A stretch of DNA of 63,832 bases, filler included, from Phoronis australis (Eukaryota; Animalia; Phoronida), in the NCBI GenBank assembly GCA_002633005.1. It is 11 parts of 11 records of this genome, joined end to end, with 100 filler letters (N's around TTAATTAATTAA, not from the genome) between each part and the next. Parts side by side here need not be neighbours in the genome. Positions count along the whole stretch, not along the records: positions 1 to 16,982 come from NMRA01000327.1; positions 17,083 to 20,829 come from NMRA01002858.1; positions 20,930 to 24,591 come from NMRA01002164.1; positions 24,692 to 35,980 come from NMRA01001704.1; 7 more parts are not named here. The stretch is one strand, 5' to 3'. Both the position numbers and the translations under genes were made by a program. Below, in pieces: positions 13,141-26,006 of this stretch; position 1 is the stretch's first letter; every line of letters starts with the position of its first letter. The notes beneath the pieces were generated by a model. That model was not told where the DNA came from, did no database searches, and worked only from the letters and a program-made list of their open reading frames with translations.

Positions 13141-13702
13141 GATGTGTCACCGGGCTAACTGTTCTACTTTGTTCAGCAGTTACACATACAGCTGGCGGCA
13201 AGAACGGGCAAGCTTTGGCTATAGGGAAAGTCTCAATATGCAAACGAGAAGAAAAGTATAAGCCATGATGCTGTCGAGGTACAGATCTCTGGAAATACTT
13301 TCGATGTCAACAAATACGATATAACCACGGCTTTGGTCCAAATATGTTGATGGCCAAAATCAGATTTCTCTGCACACGTTTCAGTTGCTGAATTCTTGTG
13401 AATTTTCAATGCACTGACAATCTACTATGTCTTTATAATCGTTATCTACGTGCATGTACTTGCTTTCAACAAAAAAGTTATACCACGATATAGAAGAGAA
13501 AAAAGGTGTTCTGATAATGTCGTCGATACAAAAATGTCTGTAAATTAGACATAAGCACTACAAAAACAATCTGGGACCGTTTTCATCAAAATGTATGTAC
13601 CAGAATGGAGGCTTATGACTTGGTCAGTGGTAGACCTACGTCTTGGTGAGTTTCCGTTTGAACTCTGAATAAAGTTACGACATTTTAGGGACGAAGCCCC
13701 AG

Positions 13703-14135
13703 TGGCTGGTTGCATGGCACAGTCCCAAATAGGGAGTTAACTAGGTTCTCTAAATCTACTGCGTATTTGCGGGCTTGTGAAAACACTGCTGGTCCTATTT
13801 TATGCTGTTTGAGTATCATCAGTATGCCCATTTTTAACTTTGATACAAGTCGAGAGAGAACTCTATATTGAATTCTCAATATTATTGAAAATAAATAGGG
13901 ATATTTTCATGCAACGTCCCCAATTTAAGGACTAAGTCCCTAATTATTTTGATTGAATTAAGGGCTCATTTTTAGTAATAATACTAGAAAATGACAATAG
14001 TCAAAGAAGAACTCCCAATAAAGTTAAAACTATAGAAAAAATATTACATCTGTGCCTAAAGAATGAAACAAGTACGTAAAAGATTTGGGGAATTTAGCTG
14101 AGTCCCTATTTGGGACTGTTTCATGCAACCGGGCA
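13703..14135. mobile_element. MITE, PIF/Harbinger-like, 3-bp TSD CAG
   Basis: TIRs TGGCTGGTTGCATGGCACAGTCCCAAATAGGGA and TCCCTATTTGGGACTGTTTCATGCAACCGGGCA, with CAG at 13700-13702 and 14136-14138. Confidence 0.8.
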
Positions 14136-15887
14136 CAGAAGGGTGCATTTGAGTCATGCAGCTTCTGAATGTCACGTCGATCTTGAAAAAATCAGAGTAC
14201 ACATCAGATTTGTTATCGAGCGTCGTTTGAAAATGTTTAGTTATACCAGAAGGTTATTAATTGTGTATTGTTTAGAGGATATATGCTAACCTTTACAGAA
14301 CGAAGGAATCTGAAGCTTCAAATTTCAACTCCAAGCTTGCTTTACATTGTCGTTTGTCGTGTGTGACGTAACACTGTCATGAGGTGCAATAACACGTCGA
14401 GTAAATTTGTAATACTGAGTTTGACAGAAGTTTAGTTGGATACATGTAGGTGGCACGAGAGAACGAAAAGAATCAATTTGACTCACATTTTTGCCATATT
14501 GTCCTATTTTATTAGATTCAATTTTATGATATTCAGACACGTTGTAGTAGAAACAATTTTAGTTTTGTTGCTTGTGGGCTCCGTAAAACGGCTCAACATT
14601 ACAAAATATTGACAAAGTACATTTAGTTTCAGTGAACTGCGATCACGTCAAACAGAAAGTGTCACCGAGCTAACTGATCTGCCGTGACAACCAATTAGAA
14701 AACAAACTAGAACATTGATCAACAAGGCGATGTACACGTATTCTATGCAAGCAAAAAATCGACTGTTGTGGCCAGTGTTGGGTTCGAACCCAAAGACATT
14801 CTCGCTAGCACGATCGCTCACAAACTCAACTAACCGTTCAGATTTGGTATTGTTGAACAACACCCATTCTTCTTTTCTGTAAACTGCTGTTAGAAGCACG
14901 TTTACGCAATATCCTTATTTGCTTTCAGATGTTTTGTGGTACATGTAGACAGGAAACGCTGCGGTCCATCTGGTGATTCAACAGTCGTAGTGCGTCTTGG
15001 CTAACAGGGACCTTCCTCCCAACATGGCAGTGAGAAGAAAAGGCGAACTCATGATGCTCACGATCTGTGTAGATCTTTGGAAATGAGTTTGTTGTAAATA
15101 AAACTAAAGGTTTTAGTGAAAAGAACCAGGGAATATTGGTGTTCTTACATGATTTCGTTGAGTATATGGCCGGAGATTTGACTGATATTTCTTGACCGCG
15201 CCGGCTAGACTCGTGCCAACGCACTCCTACCCCCGCTTAGTAGACCTATACTTGATGTTTCTGTAAAATTTACCGTTGCGTGATTCTGTGCAACTCTTGT
15301 GTATATAACTATATAGGAAATTAGTTGCAGCAGTTCTACCATGTGTGATAGGAGTGAACTCGAGTGTACTACACCGCGAGTATCGTCGTCTTGTGGTTGC
15401 CATTGGCAACTAGTTACGGAGCATTCCGGAAAACAACGAGAGGCCAAAGACTCCATGTCCAATTAAATTCGAGATTTACCACAAGTCCGGGTTGCGAAAT
15501 CCTTCATCAGTGTTCACTGCGAGTGGAAAGGTCGACACAATCCTCTACTTATTGTTTAACTAATTAACATGTTTTGGAGTTCGAGTCACTGAGAACACGA
15601 CAGACATGTGGTGGGTCGGCATGCAAACTGCCAGCTGATAAATCAGACGGTGAGTACATCTCTGAATCTATAGCGCAGTATCGGGGATTGGCCAAACGTA
15701 ACGAAAGGTACACTCTATAAACAAAGTTCTCGACTCAAGTCAAAAACACTCCAGTTATGTTTTGTGAATCGCGTGCACTTCCTAACCCGTGATATTGATT
15801 TCGAAAGTCAGTGCATTAGTACGTCGTTATATAGCTGCGGTAGGGACAAACCCATGGTAGTGATCCCGCCTGTACTAGTCCCTTTGG

Positions 15888-16213
15888 CATGGGCGGCGCA
15901 GCACTGAAAAAAGTGGGGGGGGGGGGNGGGGGCTAAAAGGCTAAAGCCCCCTAAGCCCCCCTGTGGTGCACCGCCTATAGATCATGTGCGACGTAGCTGT
16001 AGTTATAGCCGAGATTACCCGACCTCGGGAATCGAACCAGTGACCCCCTTAAAATAGGCAAGCGTGCTAACCATTCAGCTAATAGGCAATTGCCCATTAG
16101 CGAGTGGCTAACAGAGGCTCATATATGATTCACCGCAAGCACTTTCACAACATAGCACTGAAAAAGTGGGGGGGGGGCTATAGACCCCAGCCCCCTATGG
16201 TGTGGTGCCCATG
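15888..16213 (+). mobile_element. MITE family A (CATGGGCGG..GCCCATG), 5-bp TSD TTTGG, carrying a nested insertion
   Basis: TTTGG at 15883-15887 and 16214-16218. Homologous to the copies at 40636-40777 and 57384-57519. Confidence 0.85.
15998..16152 (-). mobile_element. Solo-LTR-like element (TGT..ACA, 4-bp TSD TAGC) containing a tRNA-like Pol III promoter; Helenus-type TRIM candidate
   Basis: TAGC at 15994-15997 and 16153-16156; absent from the other MITE A copies. The minus strand has an A box (TAGCTGAATGG) and a B box (GGTTCGATTCC). Confidence 0.7.
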
Positions 16214-16982
16214 TTTGGTGATCTCTGAGCTTTTTCGACTATGAAGAGGACAGTGTCCCCCTCTTCCCAGTTGTTACAGTTCAGAGTCACTTAAACCTTA
16301 GCTAATAATTTACTAAACATTGAAAGCATTTTGAAAGAATAAGTAAACTTACTGGCTTAGTTACATGACCAAGATAAATGTGGAAGTTTATGAAAGTAAA
16401 TAAAGTTTCATTCGAAACAGAAATGTAGCGTACAGTCGCACGCACATTAGATGTCTCTCTTGTTGTTGTTGTTGACCCAGCGGTTTACACACGTATAATA
16501 ATAATACCGTAACATTGGCTCATAAAACTTTATTTATGATATGATACGATAAGATACGATTTTCAATACGGTGAACGATTTACGATTCACGATACGGTTA
16601 AACCTGAAACAATTAATAAAGATAATGCAATATCTAATACAAATTGAAGTACCAAATACATCATACTAAAATACAGAAAATTGCATATCTAATAATATTA
16701 TATCAACTCACAATTTGACAAACAATAGTTAGCAGAAACTTGTAGTTACAACAATTTCTATTACAACACTTTCTATGAGTTAATCAAATAATCAAAGAAC
16801 TGAGAATAGTTGTTTCTAAAGTCAAAGTTTATAGTAAAACATCAAGAAACAAAGTTGTCTCTTACCAACGCTGGGTATCTGTGATATTTTTGAAGCAAGC
16901 AGCAGCCTCTCTCCAAGCAATATGAATTCTAGAGTAGCTAACAGAATATTTATACTGAACACAAGAAAGGTGGGCGAGATAA

Positions 16983-17082
16983 NNNNNNNNNNNNNNNNNN
17001 NNNNNNNNNNNNNNNNNNNNNNNNNNTTAATTAATTAANNNNNNNNNNNNNNNNNNNNNNNNNNNNNNNNNNNNNNNNNNNN
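16983..17082. other. Artificial contig spacer. Others: 20830-20929, 24592-24691, 35981-36080, 39965-40064, 43798-43897, 47230-47329, 51451-51550, 56754-56853, 60756-60855
   Basis: Identical 44N + TTAATTAATTAA + 44N blocks that give stops in all six frames. Confidence 0.98.
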
Positions 17083-18240
17083 GAAACGAAATTTGAGTTT
17101 TCTAAAGTGCTGGATATTTTGAGAATTTTTGATTTGTGTTCATGTACTAAAGTGACTGTGCAGTTGCATTTTGTCGGTGTTTCGCGGTTAGCGTTGAATT
17201 CTTTGCTGAAGCGCTAAAGGGTATAAAAGCAATGCAGTGAAATATCACCAATTTTTGACGAAAGTAATTGCCATAGTTCCTACAACGGATTTTTGCACTT
17301 TTTGAGGTGCTGGACCGTGTATAATAACTCAAAATCTAACCAAACAAACACTTTTTGGAGATAATTGCGGAATTTTAAACTTTTTGTGGTTTCCCGCCAC
17401 GTGACGTCATAAATAGAAGACGTTGATCAGTTGACAGTACATATACAATGGCGGATGGTAGTGATTTTGTAAGTTACTATTACTTAAAAAGCAAACTTGA
17501 TGAGTATTATGGGGACAGGGGTTGAAATGGGGGTGAAAACGACACTCTGGCCATAGGTGAAAATGGTAATGAGTTAGACTTTGGGTGTTTGAGGCCGTAC
17601 GAACTCGACCCTCCTGCACTGGCGTCTTTGGCGACTGAAGCCGAGTTGTAGCCTACTTGGTCTGCGGACATTCCTTTTACTGAATCACGATTTAATTTTC
17701 TAACCTTTTCAGCGTCGAGCAATATGTATCTCGAACTGTAAATCTAACTGAAGTTTTTACCGGGACTGTCAAATCGCAGTCATGAATAGTGGACACTGAT
17801 TTCATTTCTTCAAATGCTGAGTGTGTTTGGCAGGAACGATCATATCTAATTGTAGTGGTGCTAACTGGATTTTGTTTCTGGAAAATAATACTCGTTTCTG
17901 TCTTGTCTGTTCCAAAATCATTCATGAAAACTTTGTACCGTTCTGATTCGTCGATTATTTCGAACCAGTATCCGACTGATTCTGGGCTGGCTGTGGTCAT
18001 GATATCAAATTATTTTCATGGCATCTACATCACATTTTCGATTATTGGGTATTCACATATATGTGGATAGCATGCATTCCTACAAAATCTTTGACAAGAA
18101 TAGACTGATGGAGTGCAATCACATTCATTATCTCAGTCACCATTTTAATCCGTAGGCTCATACTCAATATGTGCCAGACTACGTTCCCAGCAATGCTACT
18201 ACACAATACATTTTCTCTGCATCAAATGCATTTACACATT

Positions 18241-18461
18241 GAAGAAACCTTCATCAAATCTCCATTTCTGCAATGGATCGAAGCACGATTCTTCAAAATG
18301 GGTTGAGCACAGCATTGGCCCTGAATAGATTGTTTGCTCTAGTGTGTCTGACGCACAAACCTGTGCCATTTCTGGGCAATCTTAGGATCTTTTGGAAAGG
18401 CAAAAACTGAAACATCTGCCCGATTGCTATTACTGCATCCTCCCCTCACGCAACTTTTCAT
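18241..18461 (-). pseudogene. Frameshifted THAP zinc-finger domain (transposase relic)
   Basis: ATG at 18461 gives MKSCVRGGCSNSNRADVSVFAFPKDPKIAQKWHRFVRQTH*. After a frameshift it continues PMLCSTHFEESCFD. This is the C-x4-C..P..W..C-x2-H-F THAP signature. Confidence 0.8.
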
Positions 18462-19887
18462 AATATTCAGTCGCACTCAAACCACTACGTGTCGCGGCTG
18501 ATGTAAAACAACACAAACACGGAGACCAGATCTACTGATGACGTCAGAAAATGTTAGTTTTTTAATTTTTGCGTTTATTTCTTGATTAAAATGAGAACAC
18601 AAAATTGTCGGTAACCGAATTCAAGCACTTAAGACCATGGTGGGAAGGGTTTATGGTCTTCTACCATTGCTGTGAATGCCCATAAATTTCCAAAATATTT
18701 TCTACAAAGTGGTAAAGCATTAATGTGATGCTACATATCTTTTATGAAAAAGGAGAAAATAAAATTTCCCTTGTCTGTCTTGTTGTGTCCCAAACTGGCA
18801 AGATTTTATGGTCTCGGGTTCATCTAAATCTTGAATTGTTGGTTAATGAGCGGGCAACTCACAGGTAATGTGTACAGGCGCCATTTTTGAATCTGCAATG
18901 GGTTTGCCAACCCTATTAAACTCTGAAGCGTTCTCTCAAATCGCCAATGGATTTGTTTTTGCACCCGTTTTTGGCTTTAGCCTCTTCGTCTACCAATGCA
19001 CTTGACAGATATGTTTCCACTAACATCATCACAGCTAAAATAGATTTTCGTATGGATTCAATTACTGTGGCACTCCGTAGTGGCAATTATTTTTGCATGT
19101 GCCTCAATAATATCTACCAAATTCCTTGATCGATCTCCGCAATAGAGGAGAGTTAGGATGAGTTTGATTACTGTGGCATCCCTAGTGACAATTTGGATTT
19201 TCTTGGTACATGGCCCTATATCTAACAAGTTTTTTCGCAAATAAGTTTCTATCAAGGAGACGATAACATTTACCTTTTCCTGACAGATTTGTCTTAGTGT
19301 AAGCTGCACCCCATAGGGGCTTTATACTGTCTGTGGTGCAGACATGGACGCTTTCCACCAAGGCTTTGTATAGTTCTTGTTTTGAAAGTTGGCTAAGAGG
19401 CTTGTTGTAAGACGCCAATGACAATTTCCCAGGTTTTGCCGAATGCAATATATTTTGCTGCTCCTTGTGGCTATTTGTATTATTTTTAAGTCCGCTTCTC
19501 TATCTGTCTAACTACACCGCTTTGTGGCAAATATTAGCTTGTGGCGTCCTGCTGTCTCTTTCACACCACTTGAGTGATCTTTATCAAATTGAGCAGTTAT
19601 CCTTCTATTACAGATATGACAGCACCCCTAATTTTCATAGAAATGCCACTACTGCTATATGGTATCCCTGGTATATGGCATGCGCACAGTGGGCACCACT
19701 GTAATTGTTCTTGTTTATATTAATTTGTAGCTGTTTGCATGCAAAGCTGTCTTTACAATGTGTTTTAATAACAACAAATTGGCTGCATGCAAACACAAGG
19801 TAATTCAGGTAATGTATTTCTGTTTGTACTAGCTTAGTACAGGTTGTCTATCCATCCAATGACCTGCTCTATTGCCATGCTTTACAG

Positions 19888-20069
19888 TGAAAATCCCCGA
19901 CAACCTTGATGCTCTAGACGTTGCCGGTGGTCTCATCCAATCAGTGAAGGCATTCAGTGCACTACACTACCAGGCCCGCCTGTGCAGCGGTGATACTGTG
20001 CTCATTATGGATGGTGCTATGCAGTATGGTGTTGTCATGGTGCAGCTGGCTCTGCACTGGGGGGCAAAG
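19888..20069 (+). CDS. CRYZL1: Internal exon of quinone oxidoreductase-like protein 1 (zeta-crystallin-like)
   Basis: tttacag|..AAG|gtcagc. Encodes KIPDNLDALDVAGGLIQSVKAFSALHYQARLCSGDTVLIMDGAMQYGVVMVQLALHWGAK, which matches remembered CRYZL1 AYTALHY..VLIMDGA..G..AIQLA..RGAKV. Confidence 0.88.
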
Positions 20070-23000
20070 GTCAGCATAGACACCATTGTCTGTTACACCT
20101 CTGTATTGCTTCTGTTTATCGAGCTCCTTCACAGACACAGACTTGTGCGCATTTTTTATTATTTTGTACTCTGTTTTAGATGTCTGCCTCTCTATCAGCC
20201 AAATCGCTCATCAGGTGTCTTCCTATTAAGGAGAGCACGCTAGCTGATGTAGGTTTTTGGATGGTCCCTCTGTAGAAGTGCCTCCCAGTGGCATATTTTG
20301 TCTCTGCCACGTTCGTTTTTGTATCTTCATGAAATTTAGTAATATATGAGTTTCTATTGAGGACATTGATTTTCGGACAAGTACGATAGTAGCGCCTGTA
20401 GCTGCAGTTTTGTAATTTGCTTCTGCATCTGTCTAATAAGTTCCTTGATGGACCACTTAAAGAATCATAAAAGTTGACTAATTAAGAGTGCACAGCCTAC
20501 AAGTTATTGATGGATCTTGAATTTTGTGTTCATTTTGAGGATAGTATGTATGGTGGCAATTTCTGGTCAGATCTGATTGCTGTGGTGCATCCTAGTGACA
20601 AATTAATAGTTTTCTGCAAATCTTCATGAAATTTTGCTTACATGTGCTCCTGATGAAGAGAGCCTGCATAGCTGATGATCATCTCATTGGAAATATTTGA
20701 AAAAATGACCACACATCTTACTTCTTTTGCCATGTGCAGTGGACACTGTGGGTGCATACTAATTACGCTCTATGTTGCATTTGTCTGTCATTGGATGACT
20801 AGTAATGCGTTCTAAGCAGAATTTTATATNNNNNNNNNNNNNNNNNNNNNNNNNNNNNNNNNNNNNNNNNNNNTTAATTAATTAANNNNNNNNNNNNNNN
20901 NNNNNNNNNNNNNNNNNNNNNNNNNNNNNAAAAACAACTTCTATAAGTTTATTGCATCGGATTCTAGTGATCACAGGGCAAGTCAAAACTCTTAAAGGGG
21001 CGCAATTTCAAACCTTTGGCATGAGTCAGTGATATAAAAATGGAAATACATGTAGATCGACTTTAGTTCATCAGCAATCTAGACACAACAGTTACAGACA
21101 CTCACTGCGTTTGTTAACGCCTTGTGGCAATGATAAAATAATTTTTTCTACTATGATTGATAACAAGTTTTACTCTGATGAGGTATGATGCAATATGCAC
21201 GTCTGATATCCAGAGTCAGCAGTTGCAAAAATATTTACTGGGTTTAGTGAATCCGTTTGTTATGAACCACTGCAAAAGTATAATTACTGATTGTACATTC
21301 GAAGCACGCCTCATTAGAATAAAAACATACACATGCTTGATGATCCTGGGAGTACCTATTTTACAGGCATGAATGAAGATATATAGTTGTTAAGCCATAG
21401 ATGATAATAAAGCTTAGATAATATCACACTGAGCCATGTACACCAGGCATACATGTATACAAAGGATACAGTATTTCAAAAGAAGCCTCAACTACTCATT
21501 TTTCATAGTCATAACTACTCATTTTTCATAGTATTACTAAATCACGAACACCTAGATTTATATTAGAAGTTACATAGTACGATGCTACACAGCCTGCTCT
21601 CCCCCAATTTATGGGAGGCCTAATTTGAAACATTTAACGACAGATCTTTTCTATGCATGATTAAAACCAAGCAAAACATGCAAACCCTCCAGGACCAAAA
21701 ATAAATATCTCAAAACCAGATATTTTACTTAAGCAGGAATTAAAACAATCCAATACATTGGGATTGTTTTCACACAGAAGACCAAAGAGCAAATAAAGAC
21801 CAAATTCACCACGTAAAGACTGAAAATTTATCACATCAGCACCTATAAGTGAGGACCAAAAATTTTTCACTTCAGGATCAAAATAAAATACGACCGAACT
21901 GAAAATTTAATAAGTCAGGTTCAAAAACTTACTATGTCAGTNAAAATTTATCACATCAGCACCTATAATTTATCAAGTGAGGACCAAAAATTCTTCACTT
22001 CAGGATCAAAATAAAATATAACCGAACTGAAAATTTAAGAAGTCAGGTTCAAAAACTTACCATGTCAGTAACTTTCACGCCAGAACACCACGTCACCATC
22101 CCCAAGCATTGATCTTGCAAAGTGATACTGTCCGTACTATACTAAACAAGGGCTATATGTTCAACCTCTCGCCGACAACAGACATATTATCTTCGAAATG
22201 GGGTTGAATTTCTTTCGTCTAATCCACGTTTTACAATAGATGCCAATGTATAGGTACACACTGGATTGTCATCATTGCATAATGGGTGATTACGTAGTCT
22301 CCGGGCATGAAAACAATTCTCTCCGGGCGTGATAAGTTTTCTAACGCAATGAATCCTGGTTGCCAATTGTTTTTGATTCTACAGAGATTTCAATTCCTGA
22401 ATAGAAAATGTGTGTTCTGGATTTTTCCGCTTGAATGGCATCTGACTTTTAAACAAAAAGACTTCAAAACATTTTTGAATATTTTTAGCGAAATGTAATG
22501 TCAACTGAATCTGCAATTAACAATGAAATAATTAGAATACTAATTAAAATGGTTGCACAAAAGATTTTGTGTTTAATTAATGCAACGTATAGTAAATTGT
22601 GTTATGATTAGACCTTAACCGATTAAAGCGTAAGCAGCTGAACATGCCTTTCAAATCAGCAAAAGTCCTTATGTTGTCGGTGACGCCGAAGATGAGACAA
22701 AATGAAAGAGGAATTGCGAGCACTTAAACCACTCAATAAGTAGCATCTCGTGACTAAATTCTGTTCAATGACACAGATTAATAGGTGAAGATCTTTATCG
22801 TTAGATTCCATTGTAAAATATTGTTAACAAAGGTTAAAACACTTTCTAAGTAGTAACTGATGACGTTGCCGTCCACAATGGCTGACGCGATCCAAATAGG
22901 TGACCAAAATTTTTCCACAAATATTACCATAAATGCTTCACCCAAAATCGATTTTTTACGTTGTTTGCGTTATTTTATCGATGATATCTGCATAATTTCT

Positions 23001-25919
23001 TCAAAACGAAAAAATGGTTCAACTGCCTTATTTGGAATTCCTCGTGGACTTCATTGGCATTTTTTTCACAGGCAACACAGTCTTACATGTACTGTAGATC
23101 AGAGGGGAATCTGTGACCAAAGACCCCAACCGTAGGTGAATTGTCATTACTTCCCACTACAGAGCGGTCTGGTGATCCTCTTTAAATACCATCCTCGGTT
23201 AAATTGAAACTATCGTGTTAAAATTCGTTAGAAACACTAGAACTTTAGGCACACCTAAATGGAGAAACTCGACGGACTCGACAATGCTTGGGTCATGTGT
23301 CACTTTCGCGAGGTGTTAACGGGAGATGAACGAATCTGACAATTTCGTGTTTTCTTACTTTTCTGGGGAAACGGGAGCGTTTTTAAACGTAAACTACACA
23401 CGAATTGCGAAATAAAAAATAAAAATCAAGAAATTTATGTAAGACATGCATTTATATTAGGATCATCAAATTAGCTTTCAATCTATCCCTTTAATTATAG
23501 GTCACGTGATCTACCAGGTGTATGAAGACATATAATGCTATGTTATTCCACACCGTATGAGCGCTGTATTTTTGATGCCACATGTAGTTTTAGATAGGAT
23601 GTATGGATGCGCCTGTCTAAGCCATATTAGCGTAACCAGGTGAATCATACTTAAAACGAAATCAATATCTTACTCTGACATTTAGGTGGATCCTGCCACT
23701 GTCCATTTTCTTGACAAGTGATGTTCGACTCTCCTCTAAGGTCATACCCGATGTTGCAATAATACAAAGCCTCCTGTCTGCCAGTCATGTCATCTGATTC
23801 ACGAATAATCTGGTTTCTCCAACCATTTCGGACATACCGCGCTGAACCACATTCTCGAACTGCAAAGATAAAAAGACCGGTGCATGTAAAGCGTCCATAG
23901 CAACTCGAGTATGAGTGTCAGATTTGAGTACGTTTGGAGACGACTCGAAATACGCCATTAGATACGCTTTTTTGAGTACGACTCCAGTGAGCACGATTTT
24001 GAGTATGAAATCTTGAGTATGAGTCTGAGTACGGAGATTGGAGACCGGGCCCTGGTAGCCTGCGATTTCAAACGGATTAGAACAAAACTAATCCACCACC
24101 CAGCCTAAGTGGTATGCCAAACAGAAGCCCAAAACATGCGGAATTTGCATTCTTTCTTTGATCGCCAATCATTTCAGCCAGCTTTCAATTGTTCTGCTTG
24201 CGCGAATGACGTACGTCCATGAATGAGCTACTCCTGATTGGCTCCAATGGTAGATACTACATGTAAAAGGTTGTGGTTAACGTAATTTACGTGTTCGGTC
24301 AGGTTGGTCTAGTCTCCTATGCAGTGAAGAGTAAGAGTATATTGTAACCTTGAGGTAAGATCGACAGACGTGAGTAGCAATGTACGGTGTATCAAAAGCA
24401 CCATTGTCCAAGCATCAGTAAATTTCAGGATGTAATTAAAACATGTTACCGTGACAATACGTGTGTGTGTAATTCCCCGTGCACGAGCAGTTGTACCCGC
24501 CAATATTCCGGTCACAAGTTGCTCCGTTCATGCATCTGTTGCCGTCACAGTTATCTGCAAAGTGAAACCATGGTTTCATTGGTACTATTGANNNNNNNNN
24601 NNNNNNNNNNNNNNNNNNNNNNNNNNNNNNNNNNNTTAATTAATTAANNNNNNNNNNNNNNNNNNNNNNNNNNNNNNNNNNNNNNNNNNNNTAGGATGAA
24701 TTTGCGTCTTATATAGCAAGAAAAAATGTCCATGTAAGTTCCAAAATGACTATTGCCATTCATGCAAATCGGATGAATTCAATTTTAATGGTGTTTACGT
24801 GAACAACCTGAGCAACAAAAGACAATTATCATGTTATTATGACAAAGGAATGGTGTACAGTAAAAAGTGGTGTCGTGGAGAGTCAGGCACGGGACGTTAT
24901 AAACTGAATTGACCTGATATACAGTTATTTATGTGGACGTGTATAAAATTACACTTCACCGCATCTCAACGTGACATAAGTAACATGCACATTTTCAACG
25001 CAAGTTATGCACTATAGGTAGCGACGTTAAATCTTGGAGGTACTCGACTTTTTTTGAGGGGACGTGTGGCGCTAAGAAATTAGGATACGCATCACTGTAG
25101 AATAGAGTCAGTATGATAAAGATTCACCTTGTAGAGAATTACCGCGATTTAAAGGAACCAGTTTATGAGAAATCTGTATGAAAAGTTGAAAACGTCACCC
25201 TTTCATATGGAGGGGGAGGCATGTCACGTAGGAGGGAGGCATAGAGGGTGGGAGGGGGCAAGGAGGTAATGAGGTATCTGAAATATTTTACGTTAAGTGT
25301 GACTTTCCTTATAAAGACAGAGTCAATATTGAGTGATATTCAGCGGCGTAGCCAGAAACAAGACTTTTTATAGTTGCAGTCCATGCGCGCACCCAGCCTA
25401 AAATATAGGGAGGGCTCGAATTTCTCAGTATGGGACCTTTTACTGAACAAAATCAACGAGGACTAAAAAATGGTACTAAAAGTGACTAAGAGGACCAGTC
25501 TGTGTGTGACGGTATTGATGAAGATGCAGCTTTTGAACTAAGGTAGCTGGGATATCTCAACTGTGAACGAGGCCGGATGAGCCTGAATCAACCAAAACCA
25601 CAATTTTGCCAAAACCATGAAATCAGTTCAAATGGTGAAGCCTACAATTATTAACATCTAACGAATGCACATTCAGATGTGTTCCAAGTGAACTTCTATG
25701 ACCCTGCAGGTACTTCACACGTACTATGATCATATGCAGAAAACACTGAACTATCAATGCTATGCGGAAGCATTCGGTAACTCAGTTCGGAATGTGCTCT
25801 CAGTTGGTGTTGTTGGTGAGTGGCAGGAAAATTGGACTATAAAGCACCATGGCAGGCACCCGGCGGTCAGGCATAATCGGTGCGCGGCCTCGTCGTCATA
25901 GGCACTTGCTCGTCTTTGG

Positions 25920-26006
25920 CTCGCTAGTTCCCTGCGTGCCGCTAGGTGGGGCGGTAGCCGAGCCAGCAGCGTGCTGGCTGGGCTAAGCACGCAGGGAACC
26001 AGCGAG
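25920..26006. mobile_element. 87-bp hairpin MITE with a 9-bp TSD (Mutator-like)
   Basis: TIRs CTCGCTAGTTCCCTGCGTGC and GCACGCAGGGAACCAGCGAG, with CGTCTTTGG at 25911-25919 and 26007-26015. Confidence 0.75.

Noticed and set aside
18850-19460. Possible C-terminal zinc-knuckle region of an L1/Tx1-type ORF2 on the minus strand
   Set aside because: The YRLL..NPNCH*GC resemblance is only vague, and no RT motifs were found.
21823-22070. ~120-bp direct duplication
   Set aside because: The two copies are separated by a single N (21942). This is probably both alleles placed side by side by the scaffolder.
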